Assembly: GCA_028289325.1 (NCBI GenBank)
Contig: JANQQN010000055.1
Coordinates: 8,452 to 72,451 of the forward strand
Direction of reading: 5' to 3'
Length of the DNA: 64,000 nucleotides
Source: Myxococcota bacterium
GTDB lineage: Bacteria > Myxococcota > Kuafuiibacteriia > Kuafuiibacteriales > Kuafuiibacteriaceae
Part shown: positions 9,250 to 18,860 of the stretch, piece after piece
How positions within the stretch are numbered: the first letter of the stretch is position 1
Layout of the letters: the number at the start of each line of letters is the position of its first letter
Made by a program: the position numbers and the translations under genes
Notes under the pieces: generated by a model
Database searches by the model: none
What the model saw: only the letters and a program-made list of their open reading frames with translations
What the model was told of the DNA's origin: nothing

Positions 9250-12200
9250 ATGGCCGCGCATCTAGATCGTCGGAAGATCGAGTCGACCTTCTCCTCCGGT
9301 CTAAACATCAGACAGATCTCGGAAAATGGTCGGGAATACCTGCGGTCTGAATTCAATATCTCGGACGCCGACCTTCAGGACTTCGCGCAGGCAGGCGATC
9401 CCGAAGACGGGGTTGACGTGGTTTCGGGCGACGTCGAGTTGCGGGAGTTCGGCACCCTGATTCTCGGCGATGAGAACCTGGTCGATACGTCGTCGCTTCC
9501 GCCACAAAAGGCGGAGCGAATTCGGGACCTGTTCGATTTCTTCGCCCAAGAGATGGCCAAACAGACGGCGCTCGCCTCACGCCAGGGCGACACCGACGTA
9601 TCCTTCGACGTTCGCCCCCCGGCGCCCGTCGGCATTCGAGGCACGGGGCAGACATCGGTCCTGGCCCCGCAGGCCGCAGATCAACGCCCGCCGCTCACCC
9701 CCGATGAAGTCATCCTCAGCGCTCCGGTATCGACGCCCGGCGTGCTGCTGGTGAACGTCAGCGCTACCCGCGAAGAGATCGCCACGGCTTTGTACGGCGA
9801 TCCGACGCGCACCGACGATTTCGATATCGTCACGCCGCAGCGGGACGGAGGCGACGACGCGCTGGGCTCCGAGGACGCGGTGGCGGTGATGCCACGTGAT
9901 CCGGCCGATTTGACGAAGTTTGCCCTCGCCAAGCTCCGGCCTGCGTTGGAAGCCGCCGTCGTCCTCGACGCCGCGAGGACGGCCGACAAGCTTCGAACAG
10001 ACTACTACCTCGTACCGGGCGAAGTGAACGAGCTCGTTTTCCGGAGTCTGAAGTGGTCGCAGCTGTCGGAGTTCACCGACGCTCGCGGCAACAGCTATTT
10101 CGACCGATACTTGCTGGCGCTCAAGGGTGAGAAGATCGGCAGGTCGAATGCCCTCGAGCGGCTGCAGGCTCGGACGGACTCCGAGCAGCTCGAAAAGGCG
10201 ATCAAGCTTCGCTCAGACGCCGTGAACGTCCGCTACAAGGTCCGGGATACCGACCGAAGCGGGAAGTTCAGCCCGGGAGCGGTCATCGGTCGGTTCTATT
10301 GGGCGGGCGAAGGCGGCGAAGGGAGCTTGCAGCTTCGTGTCGGTCCGGAGCTCGCGGTGGCCCATACTCGCGAAGAAGCCGAGATCCTCACCCGCAACTC
10401 GCCTTTCCAGGCCATGCGGGCCGTGGTCGAACAAGAGGTCAACGGAGAAAGGAAGTACGTCGGCTACGGCATCGTGCACGCCAATCTGGACCTATTGGTG
10501 CAGGGGCCTGCGGAAGGCGCCGAGGGGCGCTTCTTTTGGTACCACCGCACCACCATCTTCATTCCTGAAGGCAACAGTCCAGGCGACCTCTTCCGCGACT
10601 CCCCGACCGTGCAGGCGACGCAGCAGCGTCTCCTCGACGAGGCTATCCGTCAGGCCGGAACCGGTGATTTGCACAAGCTCTACGCGCTCCAGCTAGACGT
10701 CCTGGCCCGCGCCTCGATAGACGAGCGCCTCCGGATCGTGAAGCTCGTAGTCCAACGCGATAGTTTTGACAGCGAAAAGGCCAACCAACTTCTGGCTCGA
10801 GTTATCCTCAGCGTTCAAAACGATGACTTCCCTGCCTTCGAACGAAAGCTCTCGACGACCGGACTCTATCGGGCATTACTGCGCAACGACCGCGGGCTTC
10901 GCCCATTGGCCCGCGTATTCACCTTAAAGACGTTGAGTTCAATTCCGATCGGAGGCGAGGCGCTCGACAATATGCCCGTACTGCGGATCGGGAGCGCGGA
11001 CTGGACCAAACGATGGGCCTTCGGCGTCCCGGTTACCGTCAAGTCGCAGCTCGTACCGCCCTCCCAGTGGGCTCCGGAGGACGCTCCGTCGTTCGATCCA
11101 TCCCGACCGATCCCCGGCCGAGAGCCAGCCCTCCCTGGTGAAGCGGCGGGAACCGTCGACCGGGCCGCGATCCGATTCGACTTACAGTCCCAGTACCGAC
11201 TCACGCCCGCGGACGTTAAGACCGAAGGGAGTTCCGGTCCCTACCTGCCCACTCAGCTGGTCATGGTCCAAGTCGACACCGATGACGGCCCCCAGTTCCG
11301 GATCGTGACCGCTCTCGAGGCGGCGGCGATGACCTCCGGTCCCGGCTACGAGGCCATCGTACAATCGGGAACCGATGCCGTAACCGTCGCCCTCATGGCG
11401 CAGGCGGGCATGAGTTTGGCCGCGACGTTTGGCCCCGCTTTCGTCAACGGCGCCGCTCGGGGCGGCATGAGCGCCGGTCTTCGGGCCATGGCCGCACACG
11501 CTGCCACTGAGGCCGGAAAGCAGGCGCTTCGCCAGTTCGCTTTCGATGCGGGCCTGTTGGCCACCGTTCTTGTCGTCGAAGAAAACCGCAGCGCCCTCGA
11601 AAAGACCGAAGCCGGCCGAAAGTTCCTCGCCGCCTACGACGTCGCGATGGTTGGTCTGCTCGCGTATGGCGGATATCGGCTGCTGAACTCCGGGATGGTC
11701 GAGCGGCTCGCTCGTTTGGGAAATGCCGCCGTCAAGTCGCTATCAGGTCGGGCGCAGGCCGCCGCGCGACGGATCGAGGTCGAGCTCCAGGCCCTTCAAA
11801 AGACCTTCAAGACGATGAGCGAGGCCGACGAGCTCGTCGCCGTCACCACCAATGGCACGCGGGTCATGGTCCCCGGTAGCGAACAGCGCTTCGGCCATCT
11901 GTTGATGATGGCGCGGGGCGATGTAGCGACGAAGGCCTTGGTCGGTCGCCTGCCCGCCGGCGCGGGGAAGACCACGGCCCAAGAGACTCTGGCCTGGCTC
12001 CAGGGTGGGGCGACCACTCGGGAGGCCCGACGCGCGTACGCCGCCATCGCCAATCACGCGAACGCCCTTCCGACCGCCAAAGAAGCCGAGGCCTTTCTCG
12101 GCCGAATCGCCAGGATTCGCAGCGCCGGCAAGCCACCCGCGGTCGTCGCCGACCTCCTCGTGACGGCGACTAAGCAAGGCAGCTTGGCCCAGCAGCTTCA

Positions 12201-12951
12201 GTACCTGGAAGCGGTCCAGGCACTGGTCTCCAAGAGTGCACTCACGCAGGAAGCGCTGAAGGTCCTGGGTCAGAAGGCCCGCCAGGGCAAGCTGGACGTC
12301 GTCTGGCTGATGAAGGAGACCAACCTGTCGGCGGAGACGATCAACTTTCTCGGCAAGGACTCTCAGACGCCGTGGAGGCTCCTGCAGCGCGCCTCCGCCA
12401 CATCACCCATGCCCAGCAAGTCGGTGATGATGGACTTTCAGCGGCGCGTCCGCGGTATGGCCGGCGAAAAGGCCGCTGAAGCCGCCGTCAAGGAATGGCG
12501 AAGAACCGTCGGTGCGCCGGCCTATAGAATTGATCGAAGGCAAGTCCCGGCCGGCAACAGCAAGCTCGACTACCGGTTGGTGTCGACGGGCGACGGCCCC
12601 AGGGCGACCGCCCTCATGGAGGTCAAGGGCTGGAACAGGACCGCTTGGACCAACGCCATCGAAGCCGGGAACGCCAAGATCGCCGGCGAGACGCTGAAAG
12701 GCAAAGCGAGGGACGCGTATCGCAAGATGCAGCACCTGATCAAGCAGCTGAAAGACGCAACCGCCCACGGCACGGACGCGCCATTCCTGATGGTCACGGA
12801 CGATATTGCGCACCTTGTGCCCGACCTTAGGAATATCCTCAGCTACCACGGGCTCGGCAATGTCAGGATCGTCTATATGGCCGAGGGTCAGATTGCGGCG
12901 GCGAGCGCACAGATTCGCGGAGGACTAGGGTTGCCGGTGAAGAAGAGATGA
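9250..12951 (+). CDS. Large putative polymorphic toxin with C-terminal PD-(D/E)xK (restriction-endonuclease-fold) domain
   Basis: Acidic N-terminus, Ala/Gly-rich hydrophobic helices mid-protein, basic C-terminus with GMAGEKAA...KLDY...LMEVKGW. ORF opens at 9079; ATG 9250 preferred. Confidence 0.65.
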   Translation: MAAHLDRRKIESTFSSGLNIRQISENGREYLRSEFNISDADLQDFAQAGDPEDGVDVVSGDVELREFGTLILGDENLVDTSSLPPQKAERIRDLFDFFAQEMAKQTALASRQGDTDVSFDVRPPAPVGIRGTGQTSVLAPQAADQRPPLTPDEVILSAPVSTPGVLLVNVSATREEIATALYGDPTRTDDFDIVTPQRDGGDDALGSEDAVAVMPRDPADLTKFALAKLRPALEAAVVLDAARTADKLRTDYYLVPGEVNELVFRSLKWSQLSEFTDARGNSYFDRYLLALKGEKIGRSNALERLQARTDSEQLEKAIKLRSDAVNVRYKVRDTDRSGKFSPGAVIGRFYWAGEGGEGSLQLRVGPELAVAHTREEAEILTRNSPFQAMRAVVEQEVNGERKYVGYGIVHANLDLLVQGPAEGAEGRFFWYHRTTIFIPEGNSPGDLFRDSPTVQATQQRLLDEAIRQAGTGDLHKLYALQLDVLARASIDERLRIVKLVVQRDSFDSEKANQLLARVILSVQNDDFPAFERKLSTTGLYRALLRNDRGLRPLARVFTLKTLSSIPIGGEALDNMPVLRIGSADWTKRWAFGVPVTVKSQLVPPSQWAPEDAPSFDPSRPIPGREPALPGEAAGTVDRAAIRFDLQSQYRLTPADVKTEGSSGPYLPTQLVMVQVDTDDGPQFRIVTALEAAAMTSGPGYEAIVQSGTDAVTVALMAQAGMSLAATFGPAFVNGAARGGMSAGLRAMAAHAATEAGKQALRQFAFDAGLLATVLVVEENRSALEKTEAGRKFLAAYDVAMVGLLAYGGYRLLNSGMVERLARLGNAAVKSLSGRAQAAARRIEVELQALQKTFKTMSEADELVAVTTNGTRVMVPGSEQRFGHLLMMARGDVATKALVGRLPAGAGKTTAQETLAWLQGGATTREARRAYAAIANHANALPTAKEAEAFLGRIARIRSAGKPPAVVADLLVTATKQGSLAQQLQYLEAVQALVSKSALTQEALKVLGQKARQGKLDVVWLMKETNLSAETINFLGKDSQTPWRLLQRASATSPMPSKSVMMDFQRRVRGMAGEKAAEAAVKEWRRTVGAPAYRIDRRQVPAGNSKLDYRLVSTGDGPRATALMEVKGWNRTAWTNAIEAGNAKIAGETLKGKARDAYRKMQHLIKQLKDATAHGTDAPFLMVTDDIAHLVPDLRNILSYHGLGNVRIVYMAEGQIAAASAQIRGGLGLPVKKR

Positions 12952-13682
12952 GTGAGTCGATTTCTACTGCGGTGTGGGTGATCTTCAGTGGTCGTCCGGC
13001 ATCCGAGACGAAGCCAGAGGCAAAGGCGTACTTCGCCCCCTTTCCATCCGAGGAAGTCGAACCGTGGCGATCGGTCACGACCCCCGGCGGCAGCGCACTT
13101 TTCTCTCACGAGCCGGGCAGCGAAGGGCATCACGACATGCCCCTCGCCGAGAAGCTGTCCCACAAGGGCGTCGTCGCGTTGTGGTGGACGGCGACCGACA
13201 CCCTGCTGGAGTTCGACAACGGTCGAGAGCGTTCCGAACCTCAGCGAGCGCTCGTCGATTGGTTGCGAGAACACGGCGTCGAAGAAGAAGACGACGACGA
13301 ACTTTTGCCGACACCCGACGTCACCTCGGTCGCCGTCTTCGTCGGTATGGAGGCCGAAGCGGTCGCCAAACTCTTCACACAAGACGGCATCGAAGTCAGC
13401 TCGGGGCCGGTCGGCGCCATCGTTCGGCACACCAAGGGCCAAGCGTCGTTCGCCGCGAAGCTTGTTTCCAAGAAAGTTGGTCGTACCGCTCACGTCATTA
13501 CGATCACTCGCACACCCCAGGAGCCTTTTTTAGTCGAGATCATTCAGGGCGATAAGTCGCTCGGCTTCTTCGGCGACGTGCTCGGCTCATGGCCGGGAAT
13601 GGTCATTCTCGACGACGTCTTGGGCGAGCGCGAGCCCCGTCGAATTCTCTCTAAACTCGGCTTGTCGGACTTGGCGAAGTAG
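12948..13682 (+). CDS. Hypothetical protein, putative cognate immunity protein
   Basis: 244 aa, acidic, ATGA overlap with the stop of the upstream toxin-like gene. Confidence 0.6.
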   Translation: MSESISTAVWVIFSGRPASETKPEAKAYFAPFPSEEVEPWRSVTTPGGSALFSHEPGSEGHHDMPLAEKLSHKGVVALWWTATDTLLEFDNGRERSEPQRALVDWLREHGVEEEDDDELLPTPDVTSVAVFVGMEAEAVAKLFTQDGIEVSSGPVGAIVRHTKGQASFAAKLVSKKVGRTAHVITITRTPQEPFLVEIIQGDKSLGFFGDVLGSWPGMVILDDVLGEREPRRILSKLGLSDLAK

Positions 13683-13733
13683 ATTCTTAGCGACGCGATC
13701 CGCCCCTGCCAGGTCCGTCGAGGTGGACAAGCG

Positions 13734-15329
13734 TCAGGCGGCGCCCACGGGGGCGGTCACGGTGGAGCGCTCCAGCGCCGCGGCCGCGAAGGCGGGGCCG
13801 GCATCGGCGAGCTTGTGGAAGGCGACATCAACGCCGTGGGCGCGAAGCTCATCGACTTCGTCATCGTAGCTGGCGGTCGCGGCAATGGTGCCGCGGTAGC
13901 CGGCGCCGCGGAGTTGGGCGACGGCCGCCATGTTCTCCTCGTGGCTATCGATCGCCAACATGACCAGCTCCACCCGTTGTGGATCGATCTCCAGCCTCGC
14001 CCAAAAATCGGCGTCGGTGGCGCTGGCCTCGAAAACGCGGCGCCCCTCGCTGGCCATGGTCTTCACCACCTGCTCGTCAACGTCGAAACCGACCAGGTCT
14101 TGGTCGCCCACCAACCCCCTTGCTCGTTCGTAGGCGTAGGCTCCCACTTCGCCCAGGCCGAACACGAGCACGCGGGCCGAGCCCACGCGGACGGGCTGCT
14201 CCTCGGGGATAGGCGTCTGTCGTTCGAGTCGCGTGAACCACTCTCGGTAGGCAGCGTACAGCTCGAAGGCGCGGCGATTGAGCAGCGACAGGGGCACGAA
14301 GCTTACGCCCATGGCCAGCGCGAGGGTGACCAGCCACGTGGGTTCCAACCAGCCCTTGGTTACCGCTACCGAGCAGACGATGAGCCCGAACTCACTGTAA
14401 GGCGTGAGGCCGAGTGAGGCCAACCACGCGCTACGTGAACGCAGTCCGAAGCGGGTGAAGAGCACCATGTACAGCACGCCCTTGACGGGAAGCAGCAGCG
14501 CGAGGCCGGCCGCGACGCCAAGGTCGGCGAGGCTCGGCGCACCGGTCAGACCGATAGTGACGAAGAAGCCCACCAGGAGGAGGTCCTTGATGCTGAGGAG
14601 CGCCGCCGACAGCTCCTTGGCCTTCGGCATGCCGCCGACGATGGCGCCGGCAACCAGAGGGCCGAGGTCTTCCTTGACCCCCACGAGGCCGAACAGCTGG
14701 GCGCCGCCGAGGGTCAGCGCGAGACCGGCGAGCACGAGGAGCTCGCGGTGACCCGCCCAGGTGAGCAGTCGGCCGAACACCGGCCGAAGCAGCGGCAGCC
14801 CGAAGAGCCCCAGCGCCCACGGGCTCGGCACCGTGCCTTTGGTGACGGCGAGAAAAGCGACCGCCACCAGGTCTTGGACGACGAGGATACCGATGAGGAC
14901 ACGCCCATAGAGGGCATTCATGTTCTCGCGGTCCTCTAGAATCTTCACCGAGAAGAGAGTGCTGGAGAAACAGCCCACGAAGGCGATCGCCACGACGCCG
15001 ATGGGTGCGAGCGCGGCGAAGGGGGCCACCCCCAGGGCCATCGGCGCCGCGAGCGCGACCGCGCTGATCGCCGTGAACAGGACCGTATGCAGCAGCGACG
15101 TCCCGAGCACGTGCGGCCGTAGAAGCGAAGGCAGGTCGAGCTTGAGGCCGATGGCGAAGAGCAGGAGCTGGACACCGATGTTCGAGAGCGTGGTGAGCGA
15201 AGGGTCAACCTTGAGCCCCAGCTGCTTCATGAGGAAGCCTGCGGCCAGAAAGCCGAGGAGGGGGGCCTGTCCAAGCTGCTTCACCGCGAGGCCGAAGAAG
15301 AAGGCGATACCGATCCAGGTCAGATCCAT
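13734..15329 (-). CDS. CPA2-family cation:proton antiporter (KefB/KefC-like) with TrkA-N domain
   Basis: GVQLLLFAIGLKLD, FSST, GILVVQD, YSEFGLI motifs; C-terminal VLVFGLGEVG Rossmann domain; GAGGT RBS before MDLTWIG. Confidence 0.92.
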   Translation of the reverse strand: MDLTWIGIAFFFGLAVKQLGQAPLLGFLAAGFLMKQLGLKVDPSLTTLSNIGVQLLLFAIGLKLDLPSLLRPHVLGTSLLHTVLFTAISAVALAAPMALGVAPFAALAPIGVVAIAFVGCFSSTLFSVKILEDRENMNALYGRVLIGILVVQDLVAVAFLAVTKGTVPSPWALGLFGLPLLRPVFGRLLTWAGHRELLVLAGLALTLGGAQLFGLVGVKEDLGPLVAGAIVGGMPKAKELSAALLSIKDLLLVGFFVTIGLTGAPSLADLGVAAGLALLLPVKGVLYMVLFTRFGLRSRSAWLASLGLTPYSEFGLIVCSVAVTKGWLEPTWLVTLALAMGVSFVPLSLLNRRAFELYAAYREWFTRLERQTPIPEEQPVRVGSARVLVFGLGEVGAYAYERARGLVGDQDLVGFDVDEQVVKTMASEGRRVFEASATDADFWARLEIDPQRVELVMLAIDSHEENMAAVAQLRGAGYRGTIAATASYDDEVDELRAHGVDVAFHKLADAGPAFAAAALERSTVTAPVGAA

Positions 15330-15562
15330 GACGCCTACCTCTTTCCGTAGCCTCAACCCGTCGTCCACCCCCGAGCGGACGAGACCCTCGATTCCCCCCA
15401 CCGGACCGTATCGGGCGTTCCGTGCCCCACCTCACCGGGGGCGCGCCGGTCTGCAGATCGCCTGACACGCGCAGTGGACGGAACCGTGAAGACCCGCAGT
15501 CACTCGTCGTGCGCCTCGTCCCGCCAGTGATCGTGCTGGTCTGCCGCTGCCTGTCGGGCGGC

Positions 15563-16567
15563 CTACGAAGAACCTCGGCGAGCGAGCTTGAACTCTCGGC
15601 TGAAGATCGTCCACAGCCTGCTGCGTCCATGCTGCTCGTTCAACCGCGCGAACAGGTCGTCTCTGGTCATGCCGAGCATGCCGGTCAAGACCTGGCCGTA
15701 CCACGCCAAGTTCTCGCGGGCCTCGGAAACCGACTTGCTCCTAAGGAGGTTTTTGAACTCGTCGAACACGCGGTCGCGGCTCAGGTTGCGGACCTTGGTC
15801 CCGCCGTGTGCGGACTCTAAGACGAAGCCGATGAATGCGGTGGGCACACCATGCCGGTTGGCGAGGAACTGCTCCCAGTCTCGGTGGCCGCGAACAGAGG
15901 CCACATTCTCGTCGAGTTGTTCGACGAGGTCGAAACGGCTTCGCGGGCCGCGGAACGCCTCCATCGGGGATTCGGAGTCGAAACGCCCCAGTAGAAAGTC
16001 GATGGCTTCGAGCTTCATCCCGGACCTCTTGGCGAGATAGCGACGTTTGCCTAGGTCCGTTCGGACCTCGCCCACCGTATGGTGGCCCTCGACTTCGTCG
16101 CGACCCAACAGATCTTTGATCTGCTCCACGAGCTCCTGGACGTCATCTCGGAAGTGAGGATCCCAATTGATTCGAATCGAATGGCATCCCAGAAGTGGCC
16201 GGATCTCGTCCGGAACCTCATCGCGGCGAGGCAGCTCCGCATCCTGCAGCAGCAAAGGGATGACAGGGATGGAGCGGCTCAATAACGTCTGCACCTCGAA
16301 ACGAACAGTGTCGTCCTCGCCATAGATCCGCACGCCGTTCCGATCCTCGGCGGATGCCCAGCTCGGTCCGATGGCGACGATGCCCGCTTCGCAGTTGGCA
16401 AGCTTGGTTCCAAGGACCTCACGAAAAGGGAGCCCGGCGGGAATGGACCCGACGTCATGAAAGACGGTGCCTTCTCCGAAAGCGTCGAGTAAGTGGTCGA
16501 CGACTCGCCCGACCGAATACTTGGTGTCATCGCGACGGTAAGAAACAAAGAGAAATGGTTCAGTCAT
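15563..16567 (-). CDS. TIR-domain protein with unrecognised C-terminal repeat region
   Basis: FVSYRRDD...VFHDVGSIPAG...IGPSW...DDTVRFEV...VIPLLL is a TIR_2 pattern that retains the catalytic Glu. Confidence 0.85.
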   Translation of the reverse strand: MTEPFLFVSYRRDDTKYSVGRVVDHLLDAFGEGTVFHDVGSIPAGLPFREVLGTKLANCEAGIVAIGPSWASAEDRNGVRIYGEDDTVRFEVQTLLSRSIPVIPLLLQDAELPRRDEVPDEIRPLLGCHSIRINWDPHFRDDVQELVEQIKDLLGRDEVEGHHTVGEVRTDLGKRRYLAKRSGMKLEAIDFLLGRFDSESPMEAFRGPRSRFDLVEQLDENVASVRGHRDWEQFLANRHGVPTAFIGFVLESAHGGTKVRNLSRDRVFDEFKNLLRSKSVSEARENLAWYGQVLTGMLGMTRDDLFARLNEQHGRSRLWTIFSREFKLARRGSS

Positions 16568-16770
16568 CAGCAGTTCCGAGACGGCCCGGCGACAAGTTAG
16601 TTCCTCGACGCACGGTAGTCAGCAACCAATATGGTATCTGATCATGTAGGCGGCTGCCAAGTATCGTTCCAACAAACCGATTGCGGTGACGTCGCTCTGC
16701 GGAGCTGGGTTGCCTCACGAACTTTATGGCACTATCTGAGCCCTCTCTCCCTTAGGGAAGATGCGCCGAT

Positions 16771-17610
16771 TCAGAAGTCTCTCTTCGGCGCTTCGATGAT
16801 GTCATCGGTAGTGGTGGCCCCCTCGAAATCGTCGAAGGTATCGACCTCGATCGGAGAATCATCGAGGTTGTCCTTATCCACGTAACGTGTGAACGCTCCC
16901 CGAACACACCAGAACTCGATTCCATCGAACGAAGCGAAGCGGGCGGACTCCGGCTTGAATCCACCGCTCGCGCGAAGACACGCCCACGTCCCGCCTTCCG
17001 GAGTGCGGAAAACTTGCGCGCCACTACTCTGGCGTCGCGGTGGTGTGTTGAACGACTCCGGCCGACGTGGAGCATCGCGCCCTGGCCGCGGACGGGCGGT
17101 GGCGATGGGCGCCGAAGAGCCGCGATCCGTCGGTGCTCGACGGATGAAAGCGACGAAGTCGGCCACCTTCTGTCCCTGGGGCCCGGCCGATCGCGCCGCC
17201 ACCTCGATGAGCGTAAGGACCTCGGCGAATCCGTCTGGTCCGTTAGCTGCCGCCGCGCGGCCCGCATATCGAGCTGCCGCTGGTCTCTTGCCGGCGACGA
17301 ATCGTTCGAATGCCGCGCCCATGTCGTCGCACCCTTCGAGCTTCGCTTCTTCGCAGGAATTCTCGACGATTATCCGACCAGCGGCACCGGCCACCGCCGA
17401 GCCGGCAAGCTTAGCTGCGCCGCCGAGACGTCCATTCACGCCCGCGCAGCCAACCACGAGCAGCAACGCCGCCGTGGCACAGGACCGGCGATAAGCAATG
17501 CTGATATTTGCGTGGAAGTATCCCCGTCGTGAGGGATACTGAGAAACTTTCGCACGCCCGAAGACATTAAGCCCCACCGCGAGGATACTGGCACAGGGTC
17601 CGGCGCCCAC
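16771..17610 (-). CDS. Hypothetical lipoprotein
   Basis: ATAALLLVVGC lipobox-like segment, helical domain, Pro/Arg linker, small Cys-containing C-terminal domain; start uncertain. Confidence 0.5.
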   Translation of the reverse strand: MGAGPCASILAVGLNVFGRAKVSQYPSRRGYFHANISIAYRRSCATAALLLVVGCAGVNGRLGGAAKLAGSAVAGAAGRIIVENSCEEAKLEGCDDMGAAFERFVAGKRPAAARYAGRAAAANGPDGFAEVLTLIEVAARSAGPQGQKVADFVAFIRRAPTDRGSSAPIATARPRPGRDAPRRPESFNTPPRRQSSGAQVFRTPEGGTWACLRASGGFKPESARFASFDGIEFWCVRGAFTRYVDKDNLDDSPIEVDTFDDFEGATTTDDIIEAPKRDF

Positions 17611-18147
17611 GCGATACGCTGATGCAAACCGGTTCGGCGGTTGACTCGCCCGGATGCATTCCGGTGGATGTACGAGCGCCGAGCCAGGCTATCACCGGCC
17701 CGGCTGTAATTCTTTCTTCTGCAGATTGCGCTTCGGGGAGATTCGGAGCGAAGCGCCGCCGGCACGCACGACGCTGTCAATAGACTGCATCGAACCGAGT
17801 GCAACCTCCTCACTAAGAAGACGCGGCCTCGATTCTGTCTTTTGAACTCCGGCGTCAATCGACACCCATGATCGAACACCCAACATAATCCATTTAAACG
17901 AACTCCACCTTAACAAAGCCAGCAAAACGCCGAGATCGATCAACTTGGATCGTACGACCGCGGGCGCCACACCCAAGTCAGCCTCCACGTAGCGTGTTTG
18001 CATTTATGACGATGTAAAAACTATGACGATAACCAGGACCCGATATCACGAACCTACAGGTGCCCAGAGTTCTGCCCCCGGAATGCGCAGACAATCGCCG
18101 GGCCCGGGTTGCGTCAGCCAGGCAAACTCGTGAAGCTAACCGCGCTC

Positions 18148-18840
18148 ATGGCGGATCGAGATTCCAGCAAAGCACTCCACAAGAACGTCGACTCGGTGAC
18201 TTCCGAGGCTCATGGCCTGTCCCGGCGCGCCTTCCTCAGAGGCACGGGCCAGACCGCCGCTGGGGCCGCGGTCCTCCAGGCTGCGCTGACGCAGTGCGCC
18301 CCGTCGACCAAGCCCAAGATGGCCGCGAAGACCATCGGTCCGGGGGCTGTCCAGGTCACGATGCGCGTGAACGGCGCGAACCGTCAGCTCGAGGTCGAGC
18401 CGCGAACGACGCTGGCCGATGCGCTGCGGACCGAGCTGGGCATGACCGGCACCAAGGTGGCGTGCGATCGCGGCGCCTGCTCCGCCTGCACGGTCTGGAT
18501 CGACAAGGCGCCGGTGAGCGCATGCATGACCTTGGCCGTCGACATCGGCGGTCGTGAAGTCACTACGGTCGAGGGACTCAAGAAGGCGGGTGAGCTTCAT
18601 CCGGTGCAAGCGGCCTTCATCAAACATGACGCCATGCAGTGCGGCTTCTGCACACCGGGAATGGTCATGAGCTGCGCGGCGCTTCTGGAGAAGAAGTCGA
18701 ATCCGTCCCTCGACGACGTGAAGCGCGCGGTCAGCGGCAATCTCTGTCGCTGCGGAACCTACAACCACGTGTTCGACGCGACGCTGGACGCGGCCAAGCA
18801 AACGATCGCGCGCCGGACCCACGGTCAGCGTGAAGGCTAA
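18148..18840 (+). CDS. Xanthine dehydrogenase-family 2x[2Fe-2S] subunit with Tat signal (PaoA/YagT-like)
   Basis: SRRAFLRG; GTKVACDRGACSACTV; QCGFCTPG; GNLCRCGTY. Confidence 0.95.
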   Translation: MADRDSSKALHKNVDSVTSEAHGLSRRAFLRGTGQTAAGAAVLQAALTQCAPSTKPKMAAKTIGPGAVQVTMRVNGANRQLEVEPRTTLADALRTELGMTGTKVACDRGACSACTVWIDKAPVSACMTLAVDIGGREVTTVEGLKKAGELHPVQAAFIKHDAMQCGFCTPGMVMSCAALLEKKSNPSLDDVKRAVSGNLCRCGTYNHVFDATLDAAKQTIARRTHGQREG

Positions 18841-18860
18841 GCCCGGGAGGAGACGACGAA

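Noticed and set aside
17692-18003. 103-aa minus-strand ORF in an AT-richer gap
   Set aside because: No recognisable motif or RBS; may be intergenic or decayed.
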